Assembly (NCBI RefSeq): GCF_964204645.1
Contig: NC_134027.1
Coordinates: forward strand, 18,190,560-18,254,559
DNA: 64,000 bases
Reading direction: 5' to 3'
From: Tubulanus polymorphus
Taxonomy: Eukaryota; Animalia; Nemertea
Positions 40,860 through 52,234 of this stretch are shown here, in pieces. The notes beneath the pieces are model-generated. The model was given only the letters and a program-made list of their open reading frames with translations, did not search any database and was not told the DNA's origin. A program made the translations under genes and the position numbers. The stretch's first letter is position 1. Every line of letters begins with the position of its first letter.

Positions 40860-41287
40860 ATTAATTAATTCTTTTAATGATTTATCTTGTTCTTCAACTG
40901 TTATATTACCATTTAAACTTATTATATAATCTAATGTATTTTCCAATTTATTAATTTCTTTTATATTAGATTTCATTTTTCTTTATTACTTTTTGTATTT
41001 AATTTTGAACTTATTCCGGTTAAAACACTTGAACTTAATCCTAACACACCAATTGATATAGCTAAAGGTGTTAATGGACTGAATATTGCTGAAAATGTTA
41101 TTACAGAACTTATTGTAACTGAACCACTAATAATAAAATAATATATGATTTTGCTTTTTAAATATTTTTTCTTTTTAACTTTTAAATCATTTTCAAATTC
41201 TAATATTTGTTTTTCCAAATATAATTTTAATTTAGTTTTGTTTATATCATGAGGAATAATATCAATATTATCAACTTTATCATCCAT
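40860..41287 (-). pseudogene. Two-TM small membrane protein of the Polinton-like element
   Basis: Basic helix followed by two hydrophobic segments (IIYYFIISGSVTISSVITFSAIF; LAISIGVLGLSSSVLTGIS). Confidence 0.6.
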
Positions 41288-41511
41288 TTATTTAGAAAAA
41301 AGAATTACTAGTTAGTAAATTTATAGATATGTTTATTTACGCAATAATGAGAATAAGTAACATCACGTTACAAAATTAAGACCATGCAGTGTTATTGCCG
41401 CCAGCATTTCTTATTAGTGGCAGCGGCCGCGGCCGGCTTTCATTACCTACCATTTAGGCGTTGAGAGGTAGGTGTGAGAAGATTTACGTTTTTATCTCTT
41501 ATTTTCTTCAG

Positions 41512-41925
41512 ATTGTTGGCAACCGCGCTAAACTTAACTTGATGAAACTTCCTGATTTTCTGAACACTACTACACCTGTATTCCATATCAGTCCAGATTT
41601 ATACGATAAACTTCAAATATCAACAACATTCCCATCACCAATTGGACAGGAATCTGATGTCCTATTTGCATATGCTATGCTATTATATAACCTTATAGTT
41701 GGCTCACCGATGGTACCTCAGGTTTACGCGAATTGTTCCAGTTCTGATTGCGTCATTGACAACATGAAGAAGGGGTTATATCCAGATACTACGGAACTCC
41801 CATCGATTGTCCCTGAAACATTACGACTTATGCTGAAAGAGTGTTGGGTGGGTGGCCGAGCGTGTACCGTTACAATACAGGAATTGAAAAATATCTTACA
41901 AACGATATCGAATTTAGAACAGTAA
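41512..41925 (+). CDS. Host protein kinase-like gene, last exon (subdomains VII-XI)
   Basis: Acceptor ttttcttcAG (41511); IVGNRAKL..HISPD..QESDVLFAYAMLLYNL..LMLKECW..TIQEL; phase 0 matches exon 8743-8971. Confidence 0.8.
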   Translation: MVGNRAKLNLMKLPDFLNTTTPVFHISPDLYDKLQISTTFPSPIGQESDVLFAYAMLLYNLIVGSPMVPQVYANCSSSDCVIDNMKKGLYPDTTELPSIVPETLRLMLKECWVGGRACTVTIQELKNILQTISNLEQ

Positions 41926-42956
41926 TTTTCCATTTAAAAGACTGAAGCTAAGTCCCCGGTTGATTTCCAACGTAGGAAACAGCTAGTAATATTTATTTCT
42001 ACAATGCTTGTGAATTAAATGCTTTTAATGGACTTTTACAAGTCATTTTTGTGACTAGCTTTCTTGCGTTATTTGCTTGTTAACGCGATTTTGTCAATAC
42101 GGCATCTCTACCCGTAATTGAGTTCAATTACGATAAACTAACATCATGAATCAAGCATAACTTGTGTTGTTTCCACTTGTCTTACGTGTCTCTCGCTCGA
42201 TAACAGTTCCAGAGTTTCAATTACAATCCAAATTGGCAAATTAGTCACAGCAAACCTATTCCAGTCTTATGTCGATTGCGTTGAATCGCTTTGCTTGAGT
42301 TGAAACAATCATATCTTCTATCGTATGATGCAACATCGGTCGAATAGAGTTATCTTGGTGTTGACTGCCCTTGACCATTTAACTTCATGTTACATTGGAA
42401 TCAGCATCATACCCATTTGAACTGCAAAATATTCATAGAACATGAAAAAACCTATATTGTATATTGTATATAGTACATGTATACAGTATTATATTCACAC
42501 TGGTCAGTGGTCTCAGCTCCGCGGTGACAGCTCCGCGGTGAGTGATGGATGGGGAGAACATAAACAAACCGGGATTAGAGACCATCAGGCCAATGTCGAG
42601 GATTTTCTTCTTTTTTTTCCTCACCCGAATCCCTGCGTAGGCCACACAAACTGCGACCGCCCAGCGTGACATCCAAACGAAGACTGACCGCTACGCTTAT
42701 CACACGTGACCAGTGTGAATAGTATTATATTCACAATGGTCAGTGGTCTCAGCTCCGCGGTGAGTGATGGATGGGGAGAACATAAACAAACGTGTTATCG
42801 GCCCCAGCGGCTAAACCACCGCTACAACCCCCTACCCAAGCAATAACAATCCCCCAATCTCACATAAAACCCAAACCCCACACCCCAAAACTCAAAAGGC
42901 CGACTGAAAGGAGGCCTTGAAATCACCGACAACTTACCGCGCAGCTAAACTCTCAT

Positions 42957-43641
42957 TCATCTAGCCAAAGGCATGAACGATCGCACGTCATTGTTCTCTT
43001 TGTAAGGTCCCGTGTAGCACTCCTGGGTGTCCTCTAAGATGCCACCCATTGCACTGGAAATGCTACTAGACATGACGCTATCCACTCTTGTGTAATGTTT
43101 TGCCATCTTCTCCGATCTCCACCCAATGTAATTCGAGATATCACCAGGAGAATGCTTCATTGACGCCAGGGTTACCGAGCAGCCCACCCGAAAACTGTGT
43201 GGAATTTCCCGTTCGTCAAAACCGCAAGGACCCAAATAAAACCTCAGTCGACCACTGACAGCATTGGAGTCGAGGGGCTTATTCAAGATACAGCTGTTCT
43301 TATCCAGTGCCCTGGACAGGTACCCGTGCCGAAGGTTAACTTGCAGATCATTGGCAACACCAAAATAATGTTCCAATCCGACAACGGGGCATAATTGCGG
43401 GTTGTGCAAACGCGATATTACCGTGGTTCTACAGCTACCGTCACGTAGTGTTTTCCGAAATGTAAGATTCAAGACTACCGTCGATTTATCAGCACTGATG
43501 ACCACCCCATCCGTAAGGAAACGACCCAAGTCGGCCGCCCTATGTCCCGATACGAAGTCCAGCTTTAAAAAATGCCTGGTCCCTGGCCCTAACAAATTGA
43601 GACTGTGGGGACAAACCCCCATCCTTAAGGGATTCAGCTAT
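42957..43641 (-). pseudogene. Tyrosine recombinase (C-terminal part; N-terminal part at about 45870-46050)
   Basis: GHRAADL, FRKT, LCPV, HSFRVG, IGWRSEKMAKHY. Confidence 0.9.
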
Positions 43642-43648
43642 GTAAGAG

Positions 43649-45869
43649 CAGGGAAGTGTGATGAGATGGAATACGGACGCTATTGTGCAGCTCTTGTCGA
43701 ATGTGCGTTGTAATTGCCCTAAAGCCGATAACGGTTCGTCGGCGAGCGCTTTGTTACGTAACGCGCCGATAAGCGATAACCAGCGAGATCGGGAATCTCC
43801 GTAATAATTCAGTTGTTTCCGAATATCGGTTTTTCATCCCATAATAAACTTATATAAAAATTCCTCTGTAAACTGGTTAAACTCAACACCTGATTTCCCC
43901 TCATCAATTTTAGTCGATCAACTTGTATTCACAATTGTCTTAAATTTAAGTGCCCCCTAGTCTGTCTCTTAACTGCTTCTCTTTAATCTGTTTTAGCGTG
44001 TAACTGTTTCTACGTTAATTTTCCTTTAGTTTGTATCATCTCTGATTACTTGAATTAGTCTCTTTGTCTCTGGATTGTATATATCTCTCATAATTTCTGT
44101 AGTATTCATTATTTCTGAAGATGACTATTAGGACATAGACGAAACGTTGAATAAACTACTAACATTTTTGGACTTTTTCGTTATCATTGTGCGATTCTCT
44201 CTACATCGCTTCAGACGGATATAGTGTTTTATCAATCGTGATATCGGTTCTTTCCGCTGTATTAAAATGGCAACGGTTGTCAACGAAATTATAAATGATG
44301 ACGATTTTGACGAACTATTCTTTGATAGTGACGAATTGGTTCAGATCGATACGGAAATATTACGGGAATCCTCTGGATCAGGATCAACTAATTCGGCCGA
44401 TTCTAGTGAGTGTTATTCCTTTTGAATCAATGTAATATCGGAATAGTTTCCACCTAATTGCAGGCACTTTATTCTTTCCTTTTCTTTTTCATATAGGTAC
44501 TTCTCAGGCTCAGCTGACCAGAGACTGCGATCTGAACACGAGAAAACACACATACAGGTATTTTTTACATTTATTTTTATAATCAATACAATCCTTTTAG
44601 GTTATAAAATAATAAACGAATACAGAAAATAATATATAAACATAATATAAAAAATCCAGATAAGTACATGTTAAAATAATAATCATTATTATTATTTTCG
44701 CAGGAACACTATATATTTGGAAAAGGCTATGACTGAAGTGATTAACCATCGAGTATTTAAATTCAGTTCAAATGGAATGGCAGCAGTACATAATGGAAAA
44801 TCGATCGATAAAATTTTGACTACAAATACGTCGCCGTCCAGACTTGGAATTAACCAGTGGTTTACAAAAATTCAAGATACATTATGTTCCGCCATTCACA
44901 TAAGCACTGCGAAAGATTTGGATAAAATGTGGGCAAAGTTTCATGTTGTGATAGTCACAGGGACAGTTTTTTTAACGTTTTTGTTCTTACGCCATTTTTG
45001 TAATTTGACACGACACATATTACAGATATATATCGGGTACTGTTCAGTATCATCATCAAAATCAATGTTGAACAACTCCTTCACATGGCTTTTGAAATTA
45101 TTTTTATCGATAGGACGACGATCCGGAGGTTTCGCATTTTTTCCACACAATCGACAAAGATCCATGACTAAAAACAAGAAAAGGTTAATTAAATGAGATT
45201 GCTGATGCTATTTAGGCAACTTGGTTTATATGGGGGACAATAATTTGTAGGCCTAATGTAAGCGTTATTAAGTAACATTATTATGTAGTAAATACACATT
45301 TTAAAGATCATACTTCATGTATATGTCTGTGTCGTAACATAGCAACATGACGTCAGAAACGAAAGCTGCGCGAGTCTGGGCCGAAATATTTGACATCTTC
45401 AATGCCCAAATAACGCTAAACCCGGAATCGGAACGAACTGGCAAAAACATATGTTTAACACATAAAAACAGACTTTAATCACAATATAAACACTTAATGT
45501 TCCGATTCCGGGTTTCGGAGATATAGAAGAATAAAAATACATACCTTTTTGGACAAATTTTACGAGAAATTGTTGAATTTCAACCGATTTTCTAAAGAAA
45601 AATATGTTTATACACAGCCACTTCCACGTGGTTCAATGAACTGCAGTGCGCATGCGTAGTATCGATCGCAGAACATTTATCGGGCTAAAACTATTGCGGG
45701 TTGTTCTGCGACCGAATCAAAGTTGATGTTGACTGGTGTTCAGCTGGTAACACACACTCGATAAGCGTAGCTTACTGCTGTTGCGGTAACCTTTGATGTA
45801 CGGGCTGAATTGAATAGCCTACATCCGGCAATTAAAAGCGTCCGTATTCCATCTCATCACACTTCCCTG
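43649..45869. mobile_element. Non-autonomous DNA transposon, 32-bp TIRs, 7-bp TSD, inserted in YR
   Basis: CAGGGAAGTGTGATGAGATGGAATACGGACGC at both ends (inverted); GTAAGAG at 43642-43648 and 45870-45876; internal CRLC..ICNMC zinc-finger ORF. Confidence 0.9.
44100..44161 (+). ncRNA. Minimal type I hammerhead ribozyme in a Penelope-like terminal fragment
   Basis: CTGAAGA (44115) - stem II - GAAACGTT; stem I ttattt/gaataa. Confidence 0.55.
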
Positions 45870-46182
45870 GTAAGAGCAAAACGAGGTCCTCCTGGGATTT
45901 AGGGAGTTCAAAAAGGTTTTGAAATCCCGACATAAAGCCGTTTTTATTTTCCCGTAAGCCAAGCTTTTTTCAAACGTTTCCATGTATGCCATTCTTTTAT
46001 CCAGATCTTCTACTGACGCCGCCACGATTGAATCAAAATCAGTGTTTTGGTTACCATGTCGAAGGTGTTTTCGATCTGTCCCGTAGTTGCTACAGAAATT
46101 GTTATCAGCGAGGACGAAAACCTGACATTCCGTGCATAGAACCGGGATTTTCTGAAATTATAAAAGCACGACAGCAGTTTTA

Positions 46183-47160
46183 TTAGTATTCAAATGAAAC
46201 AAAGCGTGTAATTAGCCTGCGATAGAACCTGTATACATACAAATCATACTTTAATCCCGTATTATCTGGGATAAAACCTCTCTTAGACGGCATCAAAATC
46301 ACACCCTTTTTCCCTCTACGACCCAGTAAATCCCTCTCAAATAAAACTGTATCTGAAAGTGGCCACCAAATTGGCCGAGGAAAGATGTGCGGGAGGACCA
46401 TTGTCACCGGCTTGCGAAATAACAAAAAAAAACCGTAAAACGGCCGAAATCATACGGAACGGAGGAAAGACGTAAGGGTTATCCTCTTTATTTATATCCT
46501 GCGCGAAGAGGTCGACCCCATCAGAAGCTACAGACATAAAAGGGGTGAAATGGCGGAGTTTCTTACCCTCAAATCCACACATAACATTCGAATCTAAGGA
46601 CATGAAATCAATAGAATGTCCAGCAATCCCCCCAAACCGTTTCTGGACGAAATCCCAGGACTTAGGAGACAACATAGCATCAGATCCTTCGATAATTCGA
46701 GACGGGGCATCCCCCGGGTTGTCGCCCGATCGCACGTAGGGTAGGTTATCTACGTGGGCATCGACCCTACTATCTTTGACCCTGTCGCCTAACACACAGA
46801 GCGTATTATCCAAAGCGAGAGTTTCCTTGACTACGATGTCCTTTGGCATGACCTCTAATAGCCAGTAGACCGAAATCTCCACAACGTCTCCGCACATCAA
46901 TTTCCCACCCCACCTAAAACCCGACGCGTCCGAGAAAATCGACACCTGAGAGCGGCACTCAGGGAACCAATGAATAGACCTTGGGGCACTGTCTAAGATA
47001 TGCCAGTGCTCTATCTCATCCCGGAGGCTGCCTTCTACAAGAATGTCCCTTCAATTTTTAACAGCTCTCGAGAGCGCCAAATTGCATTCCCGCATGTAAA
47101 ATTTTGCCCCTGGTATCACTTAGCTGAATGATACCACCTTCCCCACGAATCTTTGCATCG
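46183..47160 (-). pseudogene. DIRS RNase H plus adenine-methyltransferase-like region
   Basis: IFSDASGFRWGG, KETLA, HVDN; IDFMSLDSN, GVDLFAQD..NPYVFPPF. Confidence 0.85.
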
Positions 47161-47164
47161 TTTT

Positions 47165-48433
47165 TAGCCCACTTGGGACTTTAGTCCCAGCGGGCTATTG
47201 CGTTCACTTTTCGTCCGTCCGTCCGTCCGTCCGTCCGTCCGTAGACGGAATCCAGTTATTTTGGGAAGTTTTGAAGACGCTTCAAGGTAATGTCTTGATA
47301 TTTGGGTTACACATGTATCTACCCTAGGCACATCTTCAGCCCAAAAACTGGCCCTATCAGATTCAAGATGGCCGACTGGCAGCCATTGTTGTTCGCCAAA
47401 ATCAGCACTTTTTACACATTTTTGAACTTTTTGAGGGAAATTTTGAAGACGCTTTGATCAATTACCTTGATCTTTCGGATATATGTGAATTCTCCCAGGG
47501 CCCATCAGCTTAACAAAAATTGGGTCGATCGGACTCAAGATGGCCGTCCTATAACCTTTTTAGTGCCCAAAAATGTTAATTTTGGCCCAAATTCTGAGTC
47601 CTGTAGCTTCCTACTGGTTTATCATTTCTCATTGCAATTTGTGATGGGTATTCTTTGGAAAGGGATGTTTTATACCTGAGACAGGTATTTTTCATCAGCC
47701 AATTATGACGCAATTGGCCGCCATTTTGGTGTCAGCAGTACTCATTCGTAAGTGGGAAAAAGTTTTTCCACATTATATTGATACCTAAGCGTATTTTGTT
47801 ACCACAATCATTTAGAAAGTTGTAGCTCATAACGTGTTCTATGATTGTGGTGAGTTTCAAGGTCATTGGTTTTTGTATATGGCCACCAGGGGGCGTTGAA
47901 TAATGCAATATCTTAGTATTTCTATATTATATTCGTATCAATGCATATTTTGTAACCACAATCAATTGCAAAGTTGTAGCTCATGACATCATCTATGATT
48001 GTGGCAAGTTTTAAGGCCATTAGTTTTTCTATATGGTCACCAGGGGGCGTTGAATAGTAGAATAACTTAGTATTTCCTTATTATATTGGTACCTAGGCAT
48101 ATTTTGTTACCATGATCAATTACAAAGTTATAGTTCGTGACATGTTCTATGATTGTGGTAAGTTTCAAGGTCATTGGGTTTTGAATATGGTCACCAGGGG
48201 GCGTTGAATAGTAGAATAACTTAGTATTTCCATATTAAAGTGGTAACGAGGCATATTTTGTTATCACAATCAATTACAAAATCGTAGCTGCTGACATGTT
48301 CTATGATTGTGGTGAGTTTCAAGGTCATTGGAATCTGTATATGGTCACCAGGGGGCGTTGAATATTGAAATTGTTAGATTGTTGAGCATTTGGAACCACT
48401 TCCCAAGTGGGCATGGTGTCCCTGGGCCCCTAG
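47165..48433 (+). mobile_element. HINE family A full copy with (CCGT)n and about 154-bp tandem units
   Basis: 5' hairpin gcccacttgggactttagtccca; subterminal IR cccaagtgggc; ends ccctag|tt; units at 47881/48035/48190/48343. Confidence 0.8.
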
Positions 48434-49888
48434 TTATATTTACCCTCTGGTCAGATAAAATCCTTTCTCTCAAGGATGAGAAACACGAAATCTTTTCTTC
48501 CGGGATAAGGAAACACTCACTTTCAGTCAACGCAGTCAACGATGAGGCCAAGGTGTCTCAGAATCTGAGAAGGGGACGTACTGCACTTCGGTAGGTTAAA
48601 ATAGTATCCCAGTCGTGACAGAACCTCGGCAGTCATGAACAACGCTAAGTTCGCCCTAGTGTTAGGACTAAGGCTGACGGCTGACTTTACTTTCAGCGCA
48701 CCGCACAAACGGTCGTCAATGTACTGTGTCACGGGAACTCCCAAACCTCGTAGGTATCCAGGAAGAAAGACACTAAGTATTTGGATGGATATATGAAAGC
48801 TGTGGGTACTGGAGTGTGTAATGGGTAGTGTAGTGTGATCTGTGTGCATTTGTGGCCAGCACACATTTGTGGCCAGCAGCTGAAAATTAGTAATGACATT
48901 TTAGAATTGGCCAGAATTTTAACTTAGGTTCTATCTCATTTTTATTTTACAATTGCGATTGGTATAATTTCTTTTTAAACGACCGTTAAGGCTTCATGTT
49001 TCGTCTGCAATTCACTGCAAATAGTTACGCAACTACGCACATTTCAGTGTTTTTGGCAGCTGTACACTCAATCGGCACCGTTCGTGACTAGCTTCACTGC
49101 GGAATTGTCATTAATTAACATCGCCATATCACATCATCTACTTATATTGTGCCTTAAAACCCTAACAGCCGAAATAATTGAAATGCACACACGATTTCTA
49201 TCATTGAAAATTGAGAGAGGGGCCATGTTTGTGTTCTGCTGCTTCGCGTAAATACCGCGCGGTGGCACAACCGCGCAGAGTGGGGCCGATACGTCCAGTT
49301 GCCACTAAACCTGTCTTTTGGTAAATATAAGCCGATGCTTTAAACCCGAATGGAATGGAGGTAAAAACGTAGTATGATCCCTTCCACAAAAAACCCAAAT
49401 ATTTCTGGCTTTCCGGTGACACCAAAATATAATAATCGTAACCACTCTTGTCATCAAGAGAAGTCATGAAAGAACCCCTACTCAACATACGGGGTACCAG
49501 TGGGAGAGTCTCAAGGCGGAACGGGCAATCCTTTATCCATCATCAAAGGTTGCACAAGATGCAGAGTTGGGGAAAATTGCCCCTGGCGGATAGTCGTTAT
49601 CGTAGGTTTTCCCTTTAAACCTCCCCTAAATCGCCTGAAGAAGTCAGGGATATGGACGCCATCCTTTAACCACGAGAAAATCTTTTCGCACAAGGGGTCA
49701 TCCCTTTTTTCCAAGATGAAACGCCATTGATCAAGATGCCTGCCAAGTTCACCCGCCTTAAATTCATCTGGATCCCTCATTCTTGCCTCATTAAGCTTGA
49801 TTGCCTGGAAAGTCGAGTGTGTTGCGAAAACTTGCTCCGCGGACGTGCTCCCCTGCACAGCAATTTCCTCGTGCTGTGTGCATCCTTC
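48434..49888 (-). pseudogene. DIRS reverse transcriptase, interrupted by a 532-bp insertion
   Basis: LDDKSGY, LGFLWKG, IPFG..S, YIDD, HLGLIVD. Confidence 0.9.
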
Positions 49889-50108
49889 CTAAAAAACCAA
49901 AGTAAGGAGCTATAAGATTTTTTTTTCGTTATATAAAACCAATAATTATCTTTATTCAAAATAATGTATACACTCATTTCACGCGAAATGTAACCAGTTA
50001 TAAAGGCAATAAGGCAAAACCAGCATTCAGCCAAATGTCCCCGTTCCAGTCCATGTAGTATCTAGGTTTTCTAGAATTATAGAACACCACAATGAAGTGC
50101 AAAAAATC

Positions 50109-51690
50109 TCACTCGATTTTAACCTCCTTTTTACTCGTAGTAGGAAGGTCCGGACAATCGCGCATCAAGTGGCCTTCTTTCTTACACACAAAGCACGCGG
50201 TGTTGGCATTAGGAGCTCTCTTAATCGAGCCCCTACCTCTACGCTGAGTATAATTTCCTCTCCCTAAGGGAGGAAGAGGGAATTCTGTGCGAGACATTTT
50301 TGCCCATTTCTCCTCAACGGAAGTCACCCTCTCATCTTCCGGTGACCCGATAAGCCTTCTGCTGAGTGCTGGAAGATCATGGTGCTTCAGGTTTCTCTTA
50401 ATACACTTCAAGACCGATTCGAAATATGCCTTTTTTGCGTGTTTTTGTTTTTTGTTTTGTTTTTTTTTGTTTTTTTTGCGCATTCCAAACATCCTAACAA
50501 ATAATAAGGGTCAAAATATGCCCCTGGTCTCGAAATAGCAGCCCTCACCTGCATCAAAGCGTTATCAACGGACTTCACCGGATTCTCCAGTTTCCTTTCC
50601 AATCGTTCGAGACGCCGTTTCCAACTGAAAAGATAAAATGAAATTGAAAATAGGCAATTCTCGATCTAGGCATAGGGGCTAGGCATAAGCACGTAGAGCC
50701 AAGTTTAAACCTACAAAAGCTACCCCAGCAAAAATTGAAACTAAATCCGACTTTGAGAATGAAATCCGACTTTCGGGAGATTTCAGAATGGAAATTACCA
50801 AAACAGCCTAGCCCCCATGCCAGCGCGGCAAGAGCCGGGACAGCAAGGGACTAAGAGATCTCAAAAAACAAACCAGAAAAAGGAGCCTACCTCAACGGGT
50901 TCCTCAGTTCCCTCGCATCTTTCCGGGGCTTTTACGGGATCTCTAGGATCCGTTGCATCTTGATTCCGTGAATCAGCGTTCTTCCTGGGTATGGGGCGCT
51001 GAGGTTCACGAGCAGCATCTTCGTTCGCTTTTATGATCGTAAGGTGACCGAGTAGCCGAAGGTCATTCTCTCCATTCCAGCCCAGCAATTCTATGACTCC
51101 ATCAACGCTTTGACCTGCAAAGGATTCACACGGCTCAATGAAAAATTTGACAATATACACTAATGAGGGTCTCCGAGTAGGGAATTGATTAAAAGACATC
51201 ACCAAATCAACCTCAAATCACTCCGAATCAACCACATCAATATAAAAATAAGCCCATAGAAGTTGTGAAAGCGAACGGCGGAGAACTCTGCTAATACATG
51301 TACTACGGCAACCAGCCTTTCTCCACGTCAACCTAAAAATAATATAATGATAATGACTTACCTAACATTGAGAATAAATTGTCCTTCACATACTGTAACG
51401 GTGCTGTTTCCAGAGGCTTCAACGGCTCAAACCTAGCGAAGACCACAGGAGGCGTCTTGTCAATAGTTTTCAGTTTCAACAGCCAAGCCAAGTCCACCTT
51501 AAAATCTCTTCTTGAGAACGATTTTCTCCATACTGCAAGTGGTTTTGTCTACAGCAAACGGGGAAATGCCCAACACGACTTCGACCGTTGGTTTAAATAC
51601 AATACCAGTCAAGGAAAAACCGCCAACCGTGGAAACGCCAGGATGCAAAATCCGCGAGCTTAATCCATAGGCTTATCCCCACCAGAAATA
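50109..51690 (-). pseudogene. DIRS gag-like ORF1 with CCHC knuckle, apparently multi-exon
   Basis: CFVCKKEGHLMRDC; GT-AG introns at 51361-51115 and 50890-50625. Confidence 0.7.
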
Positions 51691-52234
51691 TTTCAACAAT
51701 GAAGGCATAGAAAACTGTGAATGGTAAGCGGCGCACCGATTAAAAACAAACGAGACAGCGTGCTGCCATGCACAGAGTACGCATACGTTATGCATGACCG
51801 TTATTCAGTATATATACGCACTCCCAAGCCATGAAAAGCTGTGATTTTTCTTTATGGACTCTGAAAGACGTGGACTGCCAGAGAACTAAACCTTTAAACT
51901 CAGAATTCCGACATCAGAGAAATCTATACATCAATTTAACATGAAGAATACATGTAAACATACATGTTGTAAATACAAATATATTGTCAAAATATATCTT
52001 TTAAGTCATAGGCCAAAGGCAAAAAATGCAACAAAACAAATGGAGCCGATACCGAAATTCATGTTCTTTTATTATTATCATCGTTCTTTTGATCACTCCT
52101 AAGGCTCCTTCCTGACAACTGGCCTCATCCATAGACCCAACCAATCCTCTTTCTACAATACCAGGCTCTAAACAGTCCATTCCCCACCGGCCTAAATCCT
52201 CTTTAGTCCTAAATCAACAATACCCTGGACCCTT

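Larger units (their letters stand above)
24837..41310. mobile_element. Polinton/Maverick-like (adintovirus-like) endogenous virus, pseudogenised, very AT-rich
   Basis: pPolB, integrase remnant, A32-like ATPase and capsid-like gene in two convergent blocks; sharp composition shift at 24837; right end uncertain. Confidence 0.9.

Noticed and set aside
25059-41287. Contaminating free virus or alternative genetic code explaining the stops
   Set aside because: Disruptions are mostly frameshifts, deletions and host-TE insertions, and the element lies inside a host intron, indicating a decayed endogenous copy
41304-41309. ATTACT as the true right terminus of the Polinton
   Set aside because: Only 6 bp match the left end in AT-rich DNA, with no hairpin/TIR and no TSD; the right end is probably lost
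44717-45196. 159-aa plus-strand ORF as a gene
   Set aside because: It overlaps the minus-strand zinc-finger ORF inside a transposon and has no recognisable motif in its overlapping half
51333-51361. 29-nt micro-intron in Ngaro gag
   Set aside because: Very short and gives an immediate stop in the required phase; the 51115 acceptor preserves the frame
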